A stretch of DNA of 64,000 nt, from the NCBI RefSeq assembly GCF_018350175.1, contig NC_058368.1, forward strand, positions 63,552,001 through 63,616,000. Direction: 5' to 3'. The notes below the pieces were generated by a model, which made no database searches, was not told the origin of the DNA, and saw only the letters and a program-made list of their open reading frames with translations. A program made the position numbers and the translations under genes. This DNA comes from Felis catus. Its lineage: Eukaryota. Shown here one piece after another: positions 39,329 to 51,843 of the stretch; position 1 is the first letter of the stretch; each line of letters begins with the position of its first letter.

Positions 39329-39953
39329 TTACTTTCTATGTTTGATAAAAGCACCTTCTAAGTCTATAACATTTGTTTTTGTTATTAACTGGTATAACAC
39401 CAAAAGGAAAATTCCAGCAGATGCCTCTCCTAAGCAGAAATGATGCATAAATCAGCGGCCTCTCAGTATAACTTGAAGAAGCCATAAACCTGTTTTGGTA
39501 AAAATGAGGTCATGAGAGACTTTGGTCATATCCTTCATTGCAACAGATTGTCTGTGGGTGTGATATCTGACCTACTTGGTTAAGTAACAATAGCTTTACT
39601 TTTAGTAGAGAATAGTCATTTTCCATATCTACCTTTCTCTTGTAAAAACCTGACCTTCAGCTAGAAGAAAAGACAATAGCAATTGTGTCCTCAGTTCTTC
39701 CTCTTTTCAGCTTTAGAAATTTCAAATTTCACTAATGTCTCTGTTAAAACCATCCTAAATTGATTAGTCATTCTTCTATGAATCACAATAAATAGGACGG
39801 CTTTTTTTTTTTTTTTAAAGTTTATTTATTTATTTATTTATTTAGAGAGAGTGAGCGTGCAAGCAGGGGGAGGGGCAGAGAGAGAGAGAATCCCAAGCTG
39901 ACTCTGAAGATAGTGGTTTGAACTCATGAAGTGCAAGATCATGACCTGAGCTA

Positions 39954-40172
39954 GGGCCCCTGGGTGGCTCAGTCAGTTAGGTGTCCGACTTCGGCTCAGG
40001 TCATGATCTCACGGTCTGTGAGTTCGACCCTGCGTCGGGCTCTGTGCTGACAGCTCAGAGCCTGGAGCCCGTTTCAGATTCTGTGTCTCCCTCTTTCTCT
40101 GCCCCTCCCCTGTTCATGCTCTATCTCTCTCTGTCTCAAAAATAAATAAACATTTAAAAAAAAATTTAAAAA
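39954..40172 (+). mobile_element. Nested SINEC_Fc
   Basis: 19-bp TSD aagatcatgacctgagcta (39935-39953, 40173-40191). Confidence 0.95.
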
Positions 40173-40211
40173 AAGATCATGACCTGAGCTAAAATCAAGA
40201 GTTGAACACTT

Positions 40212-40437
40212 TAAAAAAAAAAAAAATTTTTTTTAACGTTTATTTATTTTTGAGACAGAGAGAGACAGAGCATGAACGGGGGAGGGTCAGAGAGAGAGGG
40301 AGACACAGAATCTGAAACAGGCTCCAGGCTCTGAGCGGTCAGCACAGAGCCCGACGCGAGACTCGAACTCACGGACCGTGAGATCATGACCTGAGCCAAA
40401 GTCGGACGCCCAACCGACTGAGCCACCCAGGTGCCCC
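40212..40437 (-). mobile_element. Nested SINEC_Fc
   Basis: 15-bp TSD aagagttgaacactt (40197-40211, 40438-40452). Confidence 0.95.
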
Positions 40438-40524
40438 AAGAGTTGAACACTTAACCGACTGAGCCACCCAGGTGCCCTGATAGGACAGCTTTTTAAAAAA
40501 GTTATTATATTCTATTCTTTTAAA

Positions 40525-41440
40525 ATTATTTATTTTATTTTTATTCCAATGTAGTTAACATACAGTGTTGTATTAGTTTCAGATGTACAATGTAGCAATT
40601 CAACAATTCCATGTATTACTCAGCGCTCACCAAGATAGTGTTCTCTTAGTCCCCACCTCCCCTTTGGTAACCATCAGTTTGTTCTTTATAGTTAAGAGTC
40701 TGGATCTCATGGGTGGCTCAGTTGGTTGAGCATCTGACTCTTGATTTTGGCTCAGGTCATGATCCCAGGGTTGTGGGATCAAGCCCCATGTTGGGCTCTG
40801 TGCTGAGTATGGAGCTTGTTGGGATTCTCTGTCTCTCCCTTTGCTCCCTCTCCTGTACCCTGTCTCTCTAAAAAAAAAAAAAAAAGAGTTTGTTTCTTGG
40901 TTTCTCTCTCTTTTTTTTTCCTTTGCTCCTTTGTTTCTTAAATTCCACATAAGAGGGAAATCATATGGTATTTGTCTTTCTCTGACTTGCTTATTTCACT
41001 TAGCATAATACCCTGTAGCTCCATCCATGTTGTTGCAAATGGTAAGATTTCATTCATTTTTTTGGCTGAATAATATTCCATTGTGTGTGTGTGTGTGTGT
41101 GTGTGTGTATTACACGCACACACACACACACGCATTCCCTATATATATACCACTTCTTATCCATTCATCTGTTGATGAACACTTAGGCTTCCATAGTTTG
41201 GCTCTTGTAAATAATGCTGTAATAAACATAGGGATGACATATCCCTTTGAGTAGTATTTTTGTATTCTTTGGGTAAATACCCAGTAGTGCAATTACTGGA
41301 TCATAGATAGTTCTATTTTTTATTTTTTGGGGAACCACCACACTGTTTTCCATTGAGGCTGCACCAGTTTGCATTCCCACCAATAGTGTAGGAGGGCTCC
41401 TTTTTCTCCACATCCTTGCCAACACTTATTGTTTCTTTTA
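40525..41440 (-). mobile_element. Carnivore LINE-1 3' end, containing a SINE and a (TG)n
   Basis: ORF2 C-terminal peptide MEYYSAKKMNEILPFATTWMELQGIMLSEISKSEKDKYHMISLLCGI. Confidence 0.92.
40705..40883 (+). mobile_element. CAN-SINE within L1
   Basis: 'gggtggctcagttggttgagcatctgactcttgattttggctcaggtcatgatc', polyA; flanks aagagtctg/aagagtttg. Confidence 0.9.
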
Positions 41441-41477
41441 AAAATTAATTTAAATATTTAAATATTTTAATTTTAAT

Positions 41478-41681
41478 TTTTTAAAATGTTTATTCATTTT
41501 TGAGAGAGAGAGAGAAAGAATGTGAGTAGGGGAGGGGCAGAGAGAGAGGGAGACACAGAATCTGAAGCAGGCTCCAGGCTGTCAACACAGAGCCCAACGG
41601 GGGGGCTCGTACTCACAAACTGTGAGATCATGACCTGAGCTGAAGTCAGATGCTCAACTGACTGAGCCACCCAGGCACCCC
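41478..41681 (-). mobile_element. CAN-SINE
   Basis: Canonical body. Confidence 0.95.
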
Positions 41682-41682
41682 A

Positions 41683-42097
41683 CTTTTTTATTGAACTATA
41701 ATTGACACACAATATCCTGTTAGTTTCAGGTGTACATTATAGTGATTTGGTATTTTTATATATTATGAAATGATCCCCACAATAAGTCTAGTTACCATCT
41801 GTGACCATACAAAATTATTACAGTAGTATTGACTGTATTCCCTATGTTGTACATTACATCCCCATGACTTATTTATTTTATAGCTGAAGAATCTGGATCC
41901 CCTTTACCTCTTTCATCCATCCCCCAACTCCTTCCCACTCTTGTAACCAACAGTTTGTTTCCTATATGCACGAGTCTGCATTCTGTTTGTTTTGTCTGTT
42001 TGTTTGTTTTGTTTTTTAAATTTCACATATATTTGAAATCATATAGTGTTTGTCTTTCTCTGACTTATTTCACTTAGCATAATCCCCTCTAGGTCTT
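41683..42097 (-). mobile_element. Older LINE-1 3'UTR (L1MA/L1_Carn-like)
   Basis: 'ttagtttcaggtgtaca...ataagtctagttaccatctgtgaccatac...tgacttatttcacttagcataat'. Confidence 0.85.
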
Positions 42098-42339
42098 TGA
42101 TTAGCCGTATCAAGTTCACATATGGCCGTTAAGTAAGTTGAATGTATAATGCACTTTTATAGAGAGAGAATGAGATTTTGCACTTTCATGTTTTTATGAA
42201 AGAATGCACATTCTCTTGAAAATTCAAAATACTGGAAAATACATAGAGAGCAAAATTTGCCCCCCAGAAATAACCACCGATAACCTTTTGTATTACCCTT
42301 TTAAACACCCTCATCAGCCATCTGCTCTGGATATAAATA

Positions 42340-42527
42340 TTTTTAAGAGATTCTTGTAAATGTTTATTTATTTATTTTTGAGAGGCTGCAAGGTGGGGGG
42401 AGCAGAGAGGGAAGGGGACAGAGGATCTGAAGCAGGCTCCATGATGACAGCAGTGAGCTCTATGTGGGGCTCAAACTCACAAACCTCGAGATCATGACCT
42501 GTACTCCACACTCATCCGAGGTGCCCC
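42340..42527 (-). mobile_element. CAN-SINE (degenerate)
   Basis: 'gaagcaggctcc...ggggctcaaactcac...gagatcatgacctg...ggtgcccc'. Confidence 0.88.
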
Positions 42528-42811
42528 ATTGTATAAATATTTTTTGAAAGAATGTAGAATCACTTTATTTTTATTAGTTACCATTGTAAGCATATCAGTA
42601 CTTCCCATGCCCTTAAACATCTTTCTAAATATGTACTTTTTTTAGTGACAGTATAGTATTGCACTGTACCATAAATTGAATTCTCCCTTGTTGTAAATAT
42701 AGGTTTCCGATATTCACCACCATAAAGTCACATGGCTAAAGACATGAAAAGTAAATGTGACAAACTCTTACCCCCCTTATGGCTTTGTATATCATCTACA
42801 TTCATTCTAAT

Positions 42812-43048
42812 TAAGGTTGTTCATTGTCAACACCACTAACATTTGGGGCTGGATAATTCTTTGTTGTGTGGGGAATTGGGGACAGTCCTGTATGTTGTGG
42901 GTTGTTTAGAAGCTTTCCTGACCTTCACCCTCTAGATGCCAGTAGCAACGTCCTCCCCCTCTCCCCACAAGTTGTGACACTCCAAAATGTTTCTAGACAT
43001 TGCCAAATGTCCCACGGAAGGCAAAATCATCCTAGTTGAGAACCGTTG
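42812..43048. mobile_element. MER20 (hAT-Charlie)
   Basis: 'tttggggctggataattctttgttgtg...ctagatgccagtagca...aaaatgtttctagacattgccaaatgtccc...gttgagaacc'. Confidence 0.9.
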
Positions 43049-43294
43049 GAATAAACTGTCCAACCTATGGCTTCTTCACGCACATATGTTACATAGCTGG
43101 CCGGTTCAGGTCTCTGCTGAAAAGTCAACTCTTTGGAGAGGTTTTTCTCAAGGTTCACTGAACTATGTTCCCCCAGTTATTATCGTAGAAATCCTTTTGT
43201 TTCTTTCATGGCGCCATATATTTTTTCTTTATTCTGTACTGTTGCTCTGTCACCGCTAGGTTGTGTGTGTGACGAGAATAGAGAACATGTCTAC

Positions 43295-43460
43295 CAAGGC
43301 CAGGTTCATGGGCATCTGACCTTTGCAGTCACACAGGGTCCCACTCTTAGAAGGGCCCCCTGCTTGGTTCAGTGTTCTGCTCTTGCCATCTTGAAGTTTG
43401 AACAAAGGCTCTTGTATTCTAATTTTGCGGGGGCCCTGTAAATGATGATAGCCAGTACTG
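43295..43460 (+). mobile_element. MER53-like hAT DNA transposon
   Basis: 'ttcatgggcatctgacctttgcagtcacacagggtccc...agaagggccc...gccatcttgaa'. Confidence 0.8.
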
Positions 43461-43584
43461 TTGGGTGTCTTATTCAGTGAAGAATATCTGGTGCCTAGAA
43501 CAGTGCCTGACATGGAACAAGAATTGAAATAGTTGTTGAATAAATCGCTACATCCTTTGAACCTCTCTTATTCTTTTTTCTTCT

Positions 43585-43613
43585 TTACGTTTATTTATTT
43601 ATTTTTGGGGTGG

Positions 43614-43677
<64 letters not shown>

Positions 43678-43803
43678 CCCAAGCAGGCTCCATGCTGTGA
43701 GCACAGAGTTGGACTTGGGGCTCGATCCCACAACCTGTGAGATCATGACCTGAGCCGAAATCAAGAGTCACATGCTTACTTGACTGAGCCACCCAGGTGC
43801 CTC
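43585..43803 (-). mobile_element. CAN-SINE with long (GA)n
   Basis: Canonical body. Confidence 0.95.
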
Positions 43804-43937
43804 AAACCTGTCTGATTCTTAAGTTAAACTCTAGAAGTCAGTCCACAGATGGATGGTCACTCCATCCAAGATTCTGCTATCTCTATATAATATTTATGAA
43901 GTTTTCTGGTGTTGTGTAAATGGGTTAAAGATTGACC

Positions 43938-44440
43938 CCTGTGTTTTTTACTTCATCACATCAGATTGGAACCATCAGCCCAAGGCCCTCCAGTGCCAAA
44001 CTCAAAATTTTACATATCCATTTGCTTTAAATAGAGCTCAGATAAGCATATTTTTAGTCCATTAGAGCTTGCTTGTTTTGCATACTCCACAAAACTGCAC
44101 CCAACATCTGCTAGCCACAGCTAAAATAAACTCGGGGGCTGTAACAGACCCCAAGCCACTGCTGCCCTTTGAAACTCTCTGACTCAGAGACTTCCCATTT
44201 GCTGCTGTGTAGTATCACAGAGCTATGTGAGCCCCTTCTCCTGTTCCCCTCTCTCCTGGGAGTTCCCTTGCCCCCTTCTGCTTCTGGGTGGTAGCCCTGC
44301 TCTGCTGTCTCTGGAAGTCTTGTACTGTGAGGGACATCCCTTCACATGCAGAGATTCAAAGTGCCACTTAGTGTCTACTACTATCATCTGGAGGTCCTGC
44401 CTTTGAATCAGTCAGCCCTGAAATCCTCAAACACACCATG
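43938..44440 (+). mobile_element. ERVL-class solo LTR (MER54/LTR53-like; family uncertain)
   Basis: 'gtgccaaactcaaaattttacatatcca...ctgcacccaacatctgctagcca...gaccccaagccactgctgccctt'. Confidence 0.55.
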
Positions 44441-46448
44441 TACAGATCAATACTTAGTTATTTCTAATGTAAGAGAGGGACTCAAAGCAGTAATACCAAT
44501 TTTAAGTATATTCCTCTGCTAGACTATAGGCTATTTGAGAGTGAGATCTGTGATTGATGTGTCTTAATGTTCTGTGATTAGCCTAAAATTCATAAATAAA
44601 TTTTGACTTGTAGAATTAATCTCATATGGTACTTACATACCAGACTCAATTCATTGTGTTTACTTACGTGTTCTATGCTTAATGTTAATAGAATAAGAAA
44701 TGTAGAATAAGAAATGTAGAAGGTGAAGTTTTTAAAAAATATACTGACCTGGGCTCAGTTGGGTTGTTGATTAAGTTATTTTCGAGGAGTTAATATTTTC
44801 TTATGTACCTCTGCCATAACTTTCTATAAAGTGACCCAGCCCTTTTAAATTTAAATTTAAAGGAGTTTTTATTTGCATTATCCAACATTTTTGAAAACAG
44901 AGTAAATGATTGCCAAACAAATGTCCAGAAGAAGGTTTCCTCAAATGTCCTGCAAAGAAAGGAAGATTATTTAATATTTAAGAAATTAATTTACGCAGTT
45001 TTTATATCATGTAGACAGTGACTGATGTGACTTAGAGCATTAACTCATCTATTTTTGGGAGAATGGAGAAAAATAAATGTGCCTAAATATAATTTATATT
45101 TGACTCTGGATTGGTTGGTTTGTGTTTCATTTAATTTCTTTTTCTTTCTTTTTTCTGTTTTTTTGTTTGTTTTCCTTTCTGTGAGGAATTAATAGTAAGG
45201 AACTAGAAAATGATTTCAGTTTTTCTATCTCCCACCCTCCCACCCTTGTTAATTCCATGTTGGCAGTAAAGCACATCTCACTTGTCTGTGGAATTATTCC
45301 TGAGCTGGGAAGATTGTTTATTAAAAGATCCCAGCTTGGGGTCCAGACTCCATGCAGACCAAGTAGAGAGACCATAGCCTTTCAGAACAAGCAAACGAAT
45401 AATTGCTGCTAAACCACAAAACCATATATGGTAGCAGGTATAATCTGTCTCCAAAGTATTTCCAACAATTCCTGTTTTAGAAATACCTAGTCATTAGATC
45501 TCTTTTACTATCTTAGAAAAAAAATTTTTTTTCTGTATCAAGTGTAGTTCGTTATTTATTTAGGATGTGTCACAAGAGGTATTAGGAAATTGTACCTAAA
45601 TAGAAGGATTATTTAAGTCATTGCTAATGAGACATGCACACTTTGGTATGGTTCAGCTGTGAACTTAAATATGTTTCAAATGCAGTCATATTTAGAACCT
45701 AGTAAACATTTCTTGTTTTATAATTTGTTTATTACTCTTATTAGGGTAATGGGTTTGAATTACTAATTTTCTTCTTCTGTGCTGTGATAACCACATTTAT
45801 TTTAGCTTTTATAAATCTTTATAGGCAATATAATTAATCTTTGCAGCTATCTTTTTAGAGCTCATAGGCTTTTCTTTTCTTTGTCTTACAGTTTCAAGGG
45901 ATGTTAGTTCACGATTTTTTCAATATTCTTTTTGGGAGAGGGTAAGAACTGAGAAGGAGTCCGATAACACGCACAGACTTTGCTTTCAGTTGATCAAAGG
46001 AATGTAAACATTATTTCTGGATGTCCTTGTTCATTACATATATATTCTTTAAATGGAATATTGTCAATATTAAATTACCTGTTCAGATTTATTTACTTTT
46101 TGAACAACTCTCTTATTTAGTAAGGTTGTAGCAAGTTACATTTGGCTCATTTTCTTTTGATCATTGAAAATGTCTGTGTTTAATGAGCTGAAACTGAAGT
46201 AGGTCAATAAAATGAAGAGATTAACGGTCTGTTCTCACCAGGCTTAGAATACATTCCACTCTGGGGGGAAAAGTCATTTTTAACAAAGTTTTTTTTTTTT
46301 TTTATCAACTTAAAAGGTAAAGGAAATAGGAATAACATTGAAAGAGTGAGGAATTCATGAGCTATTTGTCAGGTAAAAGGTATGAGGATACCTTTTGTAT
46401 AGTTAAGAGCTTTAGTTACAAAACAAAACTACATTTTACTTAAAAAAG

Positions 46449-46641
46449 GTGTTTATTTATTTTAAGAGAGAGAGAGAAAGTGAGTTTGGGGGACGGGCAG
46501 AGAGAGAGGGAGAGAGAGAAACTCAAGCAGGCTCTGCACCATCAGCACAGATTGTGGGCTCAATCTCCTGAACAGTGATATCATGACCTGAGCCGATATT
46601 AAAAATTGAACGCTTAACCAACTGAACCACCCAGGCACCTC
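46449..46641 (-). mobile_element. CAN-SINE
   Basis: Canonical body. Confidence 0.92.
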
Positions 46642-48494
46642 TTCTTTTTACTTTTATAAGTTTAGGGGCACAAATAAGCTTCAGGTTATTAACTATTTAA
46701 TATTCTACTCATCTTTGGAGATGTCTTAATGCAAAACAAGGAAAAATAGTTGGTATGACAAAGCATTGAAATGTTGGCATGGGAAAAACAAACAGGAAAA
46801 AACAGACATTTTAACTTATAATTTATCCCATATTACTGTCACATATTTTAGTGAATAACAATGAACTTTCAGTTTTGAAATAAATTAGTCTTGACTCTAT
46901 CACTTACTAGCTATGGGACCTTTAGCAAACAACTCAACTTCTCAGAAAATGGTTTTCCTTCCCTTTCAGTGGGTTTTGAGGGCCACATGGTATGGGGAAA
47001 AAACTAAACAGTACTAGTCTGTACAAAATGCTACATAGTTAATTTTATTACAGATATTCTTTTTTGAGACATTTAAGTAATTCTTTATGCTGGATCAGGG
47101 AACAGGCAAAGAAATCATAATAGAAATCCCTTTCTCTTCATGGTAATAAAATACCAAACTGTCAAATATTTTTCTGTCCTCACTCATGCTCATAGTATTA
47201 ATCCTGTATTCTTGGAGACATAGTCTATGTTTTCCTTCCTTATTTTAGCTAATAAATTATTATTTATACTTTAATCCTACAGTGAAATCGGGTTTATTCC
47301 TGTTGTGTGGTTTAAGAGCAAAAGACTAGTCTTTTACAAACCATTGTCATTTAAATTAATTGAATTAAGATTAAGAGGAAAGTACTTTTCCTGGATGTAT
47401 GCTGAGTGAATGTGAACAGGGGTAGTTTCTACCATATATAATTGACTTCAACAAGTAAGTAGGAGTTCATTCTTTGCTGCGTTTTATCACATTTTTGCTT
47501 GTCGTAGTTCCAGTGGGTCTTTGTGTGTCCCTGTGTTGGGCGTAAGTTTTCTGCCATGTGAAAGACACAAAGGTACAGTGTGCTGAAGTCTGCCCCTTCA
47601 GGTAGACGCCCCACTCTGCTTTGTGTCTGGACGAATTCTTGCCTCTGGCAGTCCGTGGGAAGGAATTCCTGGGGAGACACCCGGCAGGTGGGCTGTGGCC
47701 GTCTCACCTTGCAGAGTCACTGCAGACTGCCTGCGTCCCTTTATCTAAGCACACAGCTCATAACTCTCTTGGGATTCTGGCAAATAACGTTATTGTCCTG
47801 CCCCCTAAGAGGCAGTACCAGCTTCTCCACAGTTACTAGCTAGGGAGAACCGCAGTATCTCTTACAGTCTTCCTATACCCTCCCCTTTACAAATATTTTC
47901 TTAAACAATCCTATTTGACATTACCAATCTATCTCCTTACAGGATCCTATATGACAAAACTTTATATACTTTAAATATTTAAGCCTAGAGCTTTCAGAGG
48001 ATATTTGATTTGTAATTAAAACATGTAGAAACATAAATCTGTTCTGGAGTTAATTTATAAATGTTTTTGGAAGTTCCAATCAGTGATGATTTCTCCACTC
48101 ACATCCAGTTGCCTTGTGATCAGGCTTTTATTAATTGTTTCTTTCCCTCCCTTCACCTCTTTTATGAGGAATGTTGGTGGTGCTGAACTCTTTAGGGTTC
48201 AGTTAGAAATGTGACACCCCATATTAACACTTAATTTTTTAAATTCCAGCCCAGTCCACCAACTCAACCAGTTGCCAGATTCTCTAGATTCTCCTTCACA
48301 AACGCCCCTATAATTTCTCCACCCTTGTGGCCACTACCGTGCTTTTATCTAGTGCCTTTTCATGTCTGGATCACCCAGTTGGCTGACATTGGCTCCTGGT
48401 TCATAGCAGTCCACTTCCCAATTGCTTTCCAACTGATTTCCCACTAAAACTCAAATCTGATCTTTAGGTTTTTGTTTGTTTGTTTGTTTGTTTT

Positions 48495-48704
48495 TTTACT
48501 TTATTTATTTTGAGAGAGAAAGAGAAAGGGTCTGAGTGAGTGGGGGAGAGGCAGAGAGACAGAGAGAGACAGAGGGAGAGAGAGAATCCCAAGCAGGCTC
48601 TGGGCAGAGCCTCATGCGGGGCTCAATCTCACAAACCATGAGATCCTGACTGGAGCCAAAATCAAGAATCAGATGCTTAACTGACTGAGTCACCCAGGTG
48701 CCCC
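48495..48704 (-). mobile_element. CAN-SINE inserted in an L2 remnant (~48240-48755)
   Basis: Canonical body; L2-like 'caaatctgatc...ttaaatccttcagtgatttccctttgcc' on the flanks. Confidence 0.92.
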
Positions 48705-48849
48705 TCATCTTTATTTCTTGTGTTAAATCCTTCAGTGATTTCCCTTTGCCTTTCTTAAAAAAAAAAAAAAAAGAAAGAAAGAAACATTACATTTGAATAT
48801 ATAACCTGTGTGTGTAATCAAAAAAATAAACATCATAGGGAAATAAATG

Positions 48850-49660
48850 GGGTAAAAAAAACCCTATGGCATTTCATTTCTAATGCACAGCTACAGAAAG
48901 GTTAGCATCCTTAATCACAAATGAGCTCTTATAAATTGGTAACAAAGACACTAATATTTCCAGGGAAATGAAAAAAGAACATAAAGAGGAAATTCAAATG
49001 ATATAAATGACTAATAAGGATATGGGTGATGCTTGAGCTCAACATTAACAAAGGAAAACTAATTTCTTATGAATATCACATTGTCAAAATTAAAAATAGT
49101 GACATCTAATGCTCCTGTGATTGGAGGAAATAGAGTACTCTCATCTACAAATACTGAGCAGGAAGACTGATGAAGACTGGCTGTACATTCAGGGCGAATT
49201 CTGCAGTTATCACTCAAAATTTGAATTTTGGTTGCCCTTTGCCTGGCGATTCCAATTTATAGGAAAGTATTCCTACAAACTAATTGGATATATTTAAACA
49301 TATATATATATATATATATTATATATATTATAATATATATATATAATATATTATATATGTATATTTTCATTGCACAGAAAAAACTTGCAGGTAATGTAAA
49401 TGTCTGTTAATATCTATTGAATGATAAATTATGGATAACCATGTGGACACTTAAACCAGGAGAGGAAGGCTATCCAACCAACATTAGGACAAATGACTTA
49501 CAGCATTTATGAAAGGAAAAAGCAAACTATAGCCTGATGTGCCTGCAGCCTCCAAAATACGTATATTTGAGTTATCACTTTATGTATGAATGTACCCCAA
49601 AACAAAGTACACAAAGTGCCAGCAATAGTAGATAACCTTGAGTAAAATTAGGGGGAAAAC
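48850..49660 (+). mobile_element. Ancient L1M (L1ME-like) 3' region, broken at the inverted repeat
   Basis: 'gttagcatccttaat...gagctcttataaat', 'ccctttgcctggcgattcca', 'taaatgtctgttaata...taaattatgga'. Confidence 0.65.
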
Positions 49661-50145
49661 AGAAGCACGGAGGTATGGCTGAGAGGGAACACCAGGTCTG
49701 TGCTCAGCTGGGGGCTGGGCAGGTTACGGGGGGGGGGGGCGGGGGGGTCGGTGAGCGGTCTGAGAGGATTCCATGCTTGCCAGCTGGCCTGTGACTGTTT
49801 CATGGGTGCTGACAGAAGCCAAGAGACTCACGGAGCAGCAAGTAAGCAGCATGAGCGTGACGACGGTCACCCTGCTCCTCCGGGGGCTCGACATGGATGC
49901 CCGCACATGTTGCACCACAGGGGAGGACTGTGGGTCATGGAGGGCAAGTGGCTTTCCCACTTCTAGAGCAAGCTGAACCGATCCTGCTCTTTGCCCTGGG
50001 AGAAGACTGTCCCTCGAGGCTGTTAGTTGCAAACACAACCCTGAGAAATGGCCCAGGTAAAGGGTAGTCGGGGCCTTGCAGTTTTGGCATACTCAGTAAA
50101 AACACACAGGACGTCAGGGAAGGTGGATTACCTCTCCCAACAGGG
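49652..50145 (-). repeat. Left arm of long inverted repeat (LTR40-like solo LTR plus L2 flank)
   Basis: Reverse complement of 51375-51843; mirrored ORFs appear in the track. Confidence 0.97.
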
Positions 50146-51374
50146 AGGCAAGTTAGGGAGAGTGGAGATCAAGAGACTGAAACTAGAAAAGCAGGCAGGA
50201 ATTCTATCACTGAGAAATTTAAATGCAATATGTGGGAGTTTGAGCTTTTGCCGTAAGCATTGGGAAGATGTTCTAAGATGTGTATCAAACACTGCTGGGA
50301 TTGTGTGTATAAATTGAACAGCTTTCCTAGGACCTTCTCCTTTTCCTTCGCCCATCTAGCTCATCCTTATAATTAGTACAAACACTGCCAATTCTATCAG
50401 GTGATCCTCTTCCTGGAGTTTTTTAATTTGGAGCCAAGAGAGTTGGGTCAGTTTCTCCCTTTGGAGGGAAGATATATGGCAGTCATATTTTCTGCTATCT
50501 GAAGAAGGCTGCTGTGCAGCAGGAAAAAACTAAAGCCACAGAGTAAGAGATTTGTAAACATTCTAGTCTTGATTTTCCTTTCTTTAGCCCATCTTGTTCC
50601 CTGCCCCTCCTTTGTCTTCAATGTCCTTTGGGATGTCTCAATATGCTTCCAATGCATGCCTATTTCAGTTTAGGACAGTTTTAGTTAGGCTTCTTGAATC
50701 TTGAATCTGAAAGTGTCAACTAGTTTAGAAGGGTAGTGTTCTAAATCCTAGAGATTTCTCTCTAGGAACACTACCTTGGAAGCAGTATGCAACATGGCTT
50801 CCAACAAAGAGAAAACTGGAAACAAGACCAATAGACTGTCACAATAGTTAAGAGAGAAATGATGTTCCATTTGTCCTTACAGACATGGCCGTGATTAGGT
50901 CCTCTGATTCAGGGATACCTTTAGAAATAATTCTTGGCTCCGAAGTTAGTTTAGAGCACCTTAGTAGTTCCAAGGATGATCTGTGAGGAACCATTTTACA
51001 TATGGTAGCTCAGGATCAAAAACTGACCTTTCCAAATGGGGAGAAAGCCTATGACACCAAAGAAGAAGGGGCCAGATCACGAAGTGTGTGATGGGCTACA
51101 GGAAAGTCAGGATCATTAGGATAAAGGACAGTGGGATTGACTGTTTTCATTGCTGCCCTTGGACTCAAGCCCAGGAGCCCTGAAACATTATTACACGGAG
51201 AAGGTCATGATAGAAGAGTTGCAAGGGCTTCACCTCAGTGCTCCTGTGTAAATCACATACACAATCACATACTTACCACAGGGTAATTAAAAATTCTAAT
51301 TCATTAAAAAGTCATCTTTGTCAAGAATTCAAAAGACATAGAAATTTGTGAAGTGTATTTCTCTTATATTTTCC

Positions 51375-51843
51375 CCCTGTTGGGAGAGGTAATCCACCTT
51401 CCCTGATGTCCTGTACTGCAAGGCCCCGACTACCCTTTACCTGGGCCATTTCTCAGGGTTGTGTTTGCAACTAACAGCCTCGAGGGACAGTCTTCTCCCA
51501 GGGCAAAGAGCAGGATCGGTTCAGCTTGCTCTAGAAGTGGGAAAGCCACTTGCCCTCCATGACCCACAGTCCTCCCCTGTGGTGCAACATGTGCGGGCGT
51601 CCATGTCGAGCCCCCGGAGGAGCAGGGTGACCGTTGTCACGCTCATGCTGCTTACTTGCTGCTCCGTGAGTCTCTTGGCTTCTGTCAGCACCCATGAAAC
51701 AGTCACAGGCCAGCTGGCAAGCATGGAATCCTCTCAGACCGCTCACCACCCCCCCCCCCCCCCTCCGGTAACCTGCCCAGCCCCCAGCTGAGCACAGACC
51801 TGGTGTTCCCTCTCAGCCATACCTCCGTGCTTCTGTTTTCCCC
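51375..51843 (+). repeat. Right arm of long inverted repeat; LTR40-like ERVL LTR at ~51378-51770
   Basis: Starts TGTTGGGAG; 'gccatttctcagggttgtgtttgca', 'ttctgtcagcacccatgaaac' and 'tctcagacc' match LTR40-family motifs. Confidence 0.95.

Larger units (their letters stand above)
39807..40477 (-). mobile_element. Older CAN-SINE hosting two younger SINE insertions
   Basis: TSD ataggac(g/a)gcttttt at 39792-39806 and 40480-40494. Confidence 0.9.

Noticed and set aside
49700..51791. Duplicated 104/110-aa and 67-aa ORFs, one containing 'TCCT', as GPC5 exon 2 or a novel gene pair
   Set aside because: They lie in an LTR40-like repeat and are mirrored only because of the inverted duplication; surrounding residues do not match glypican.
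49652..51843. DNA transposon with long terminal inverted repeats
   Set aside because: No outer TSD or transposase; the arms are LTR/L2-derived and the spacer holds pieces of the flanking repeats.
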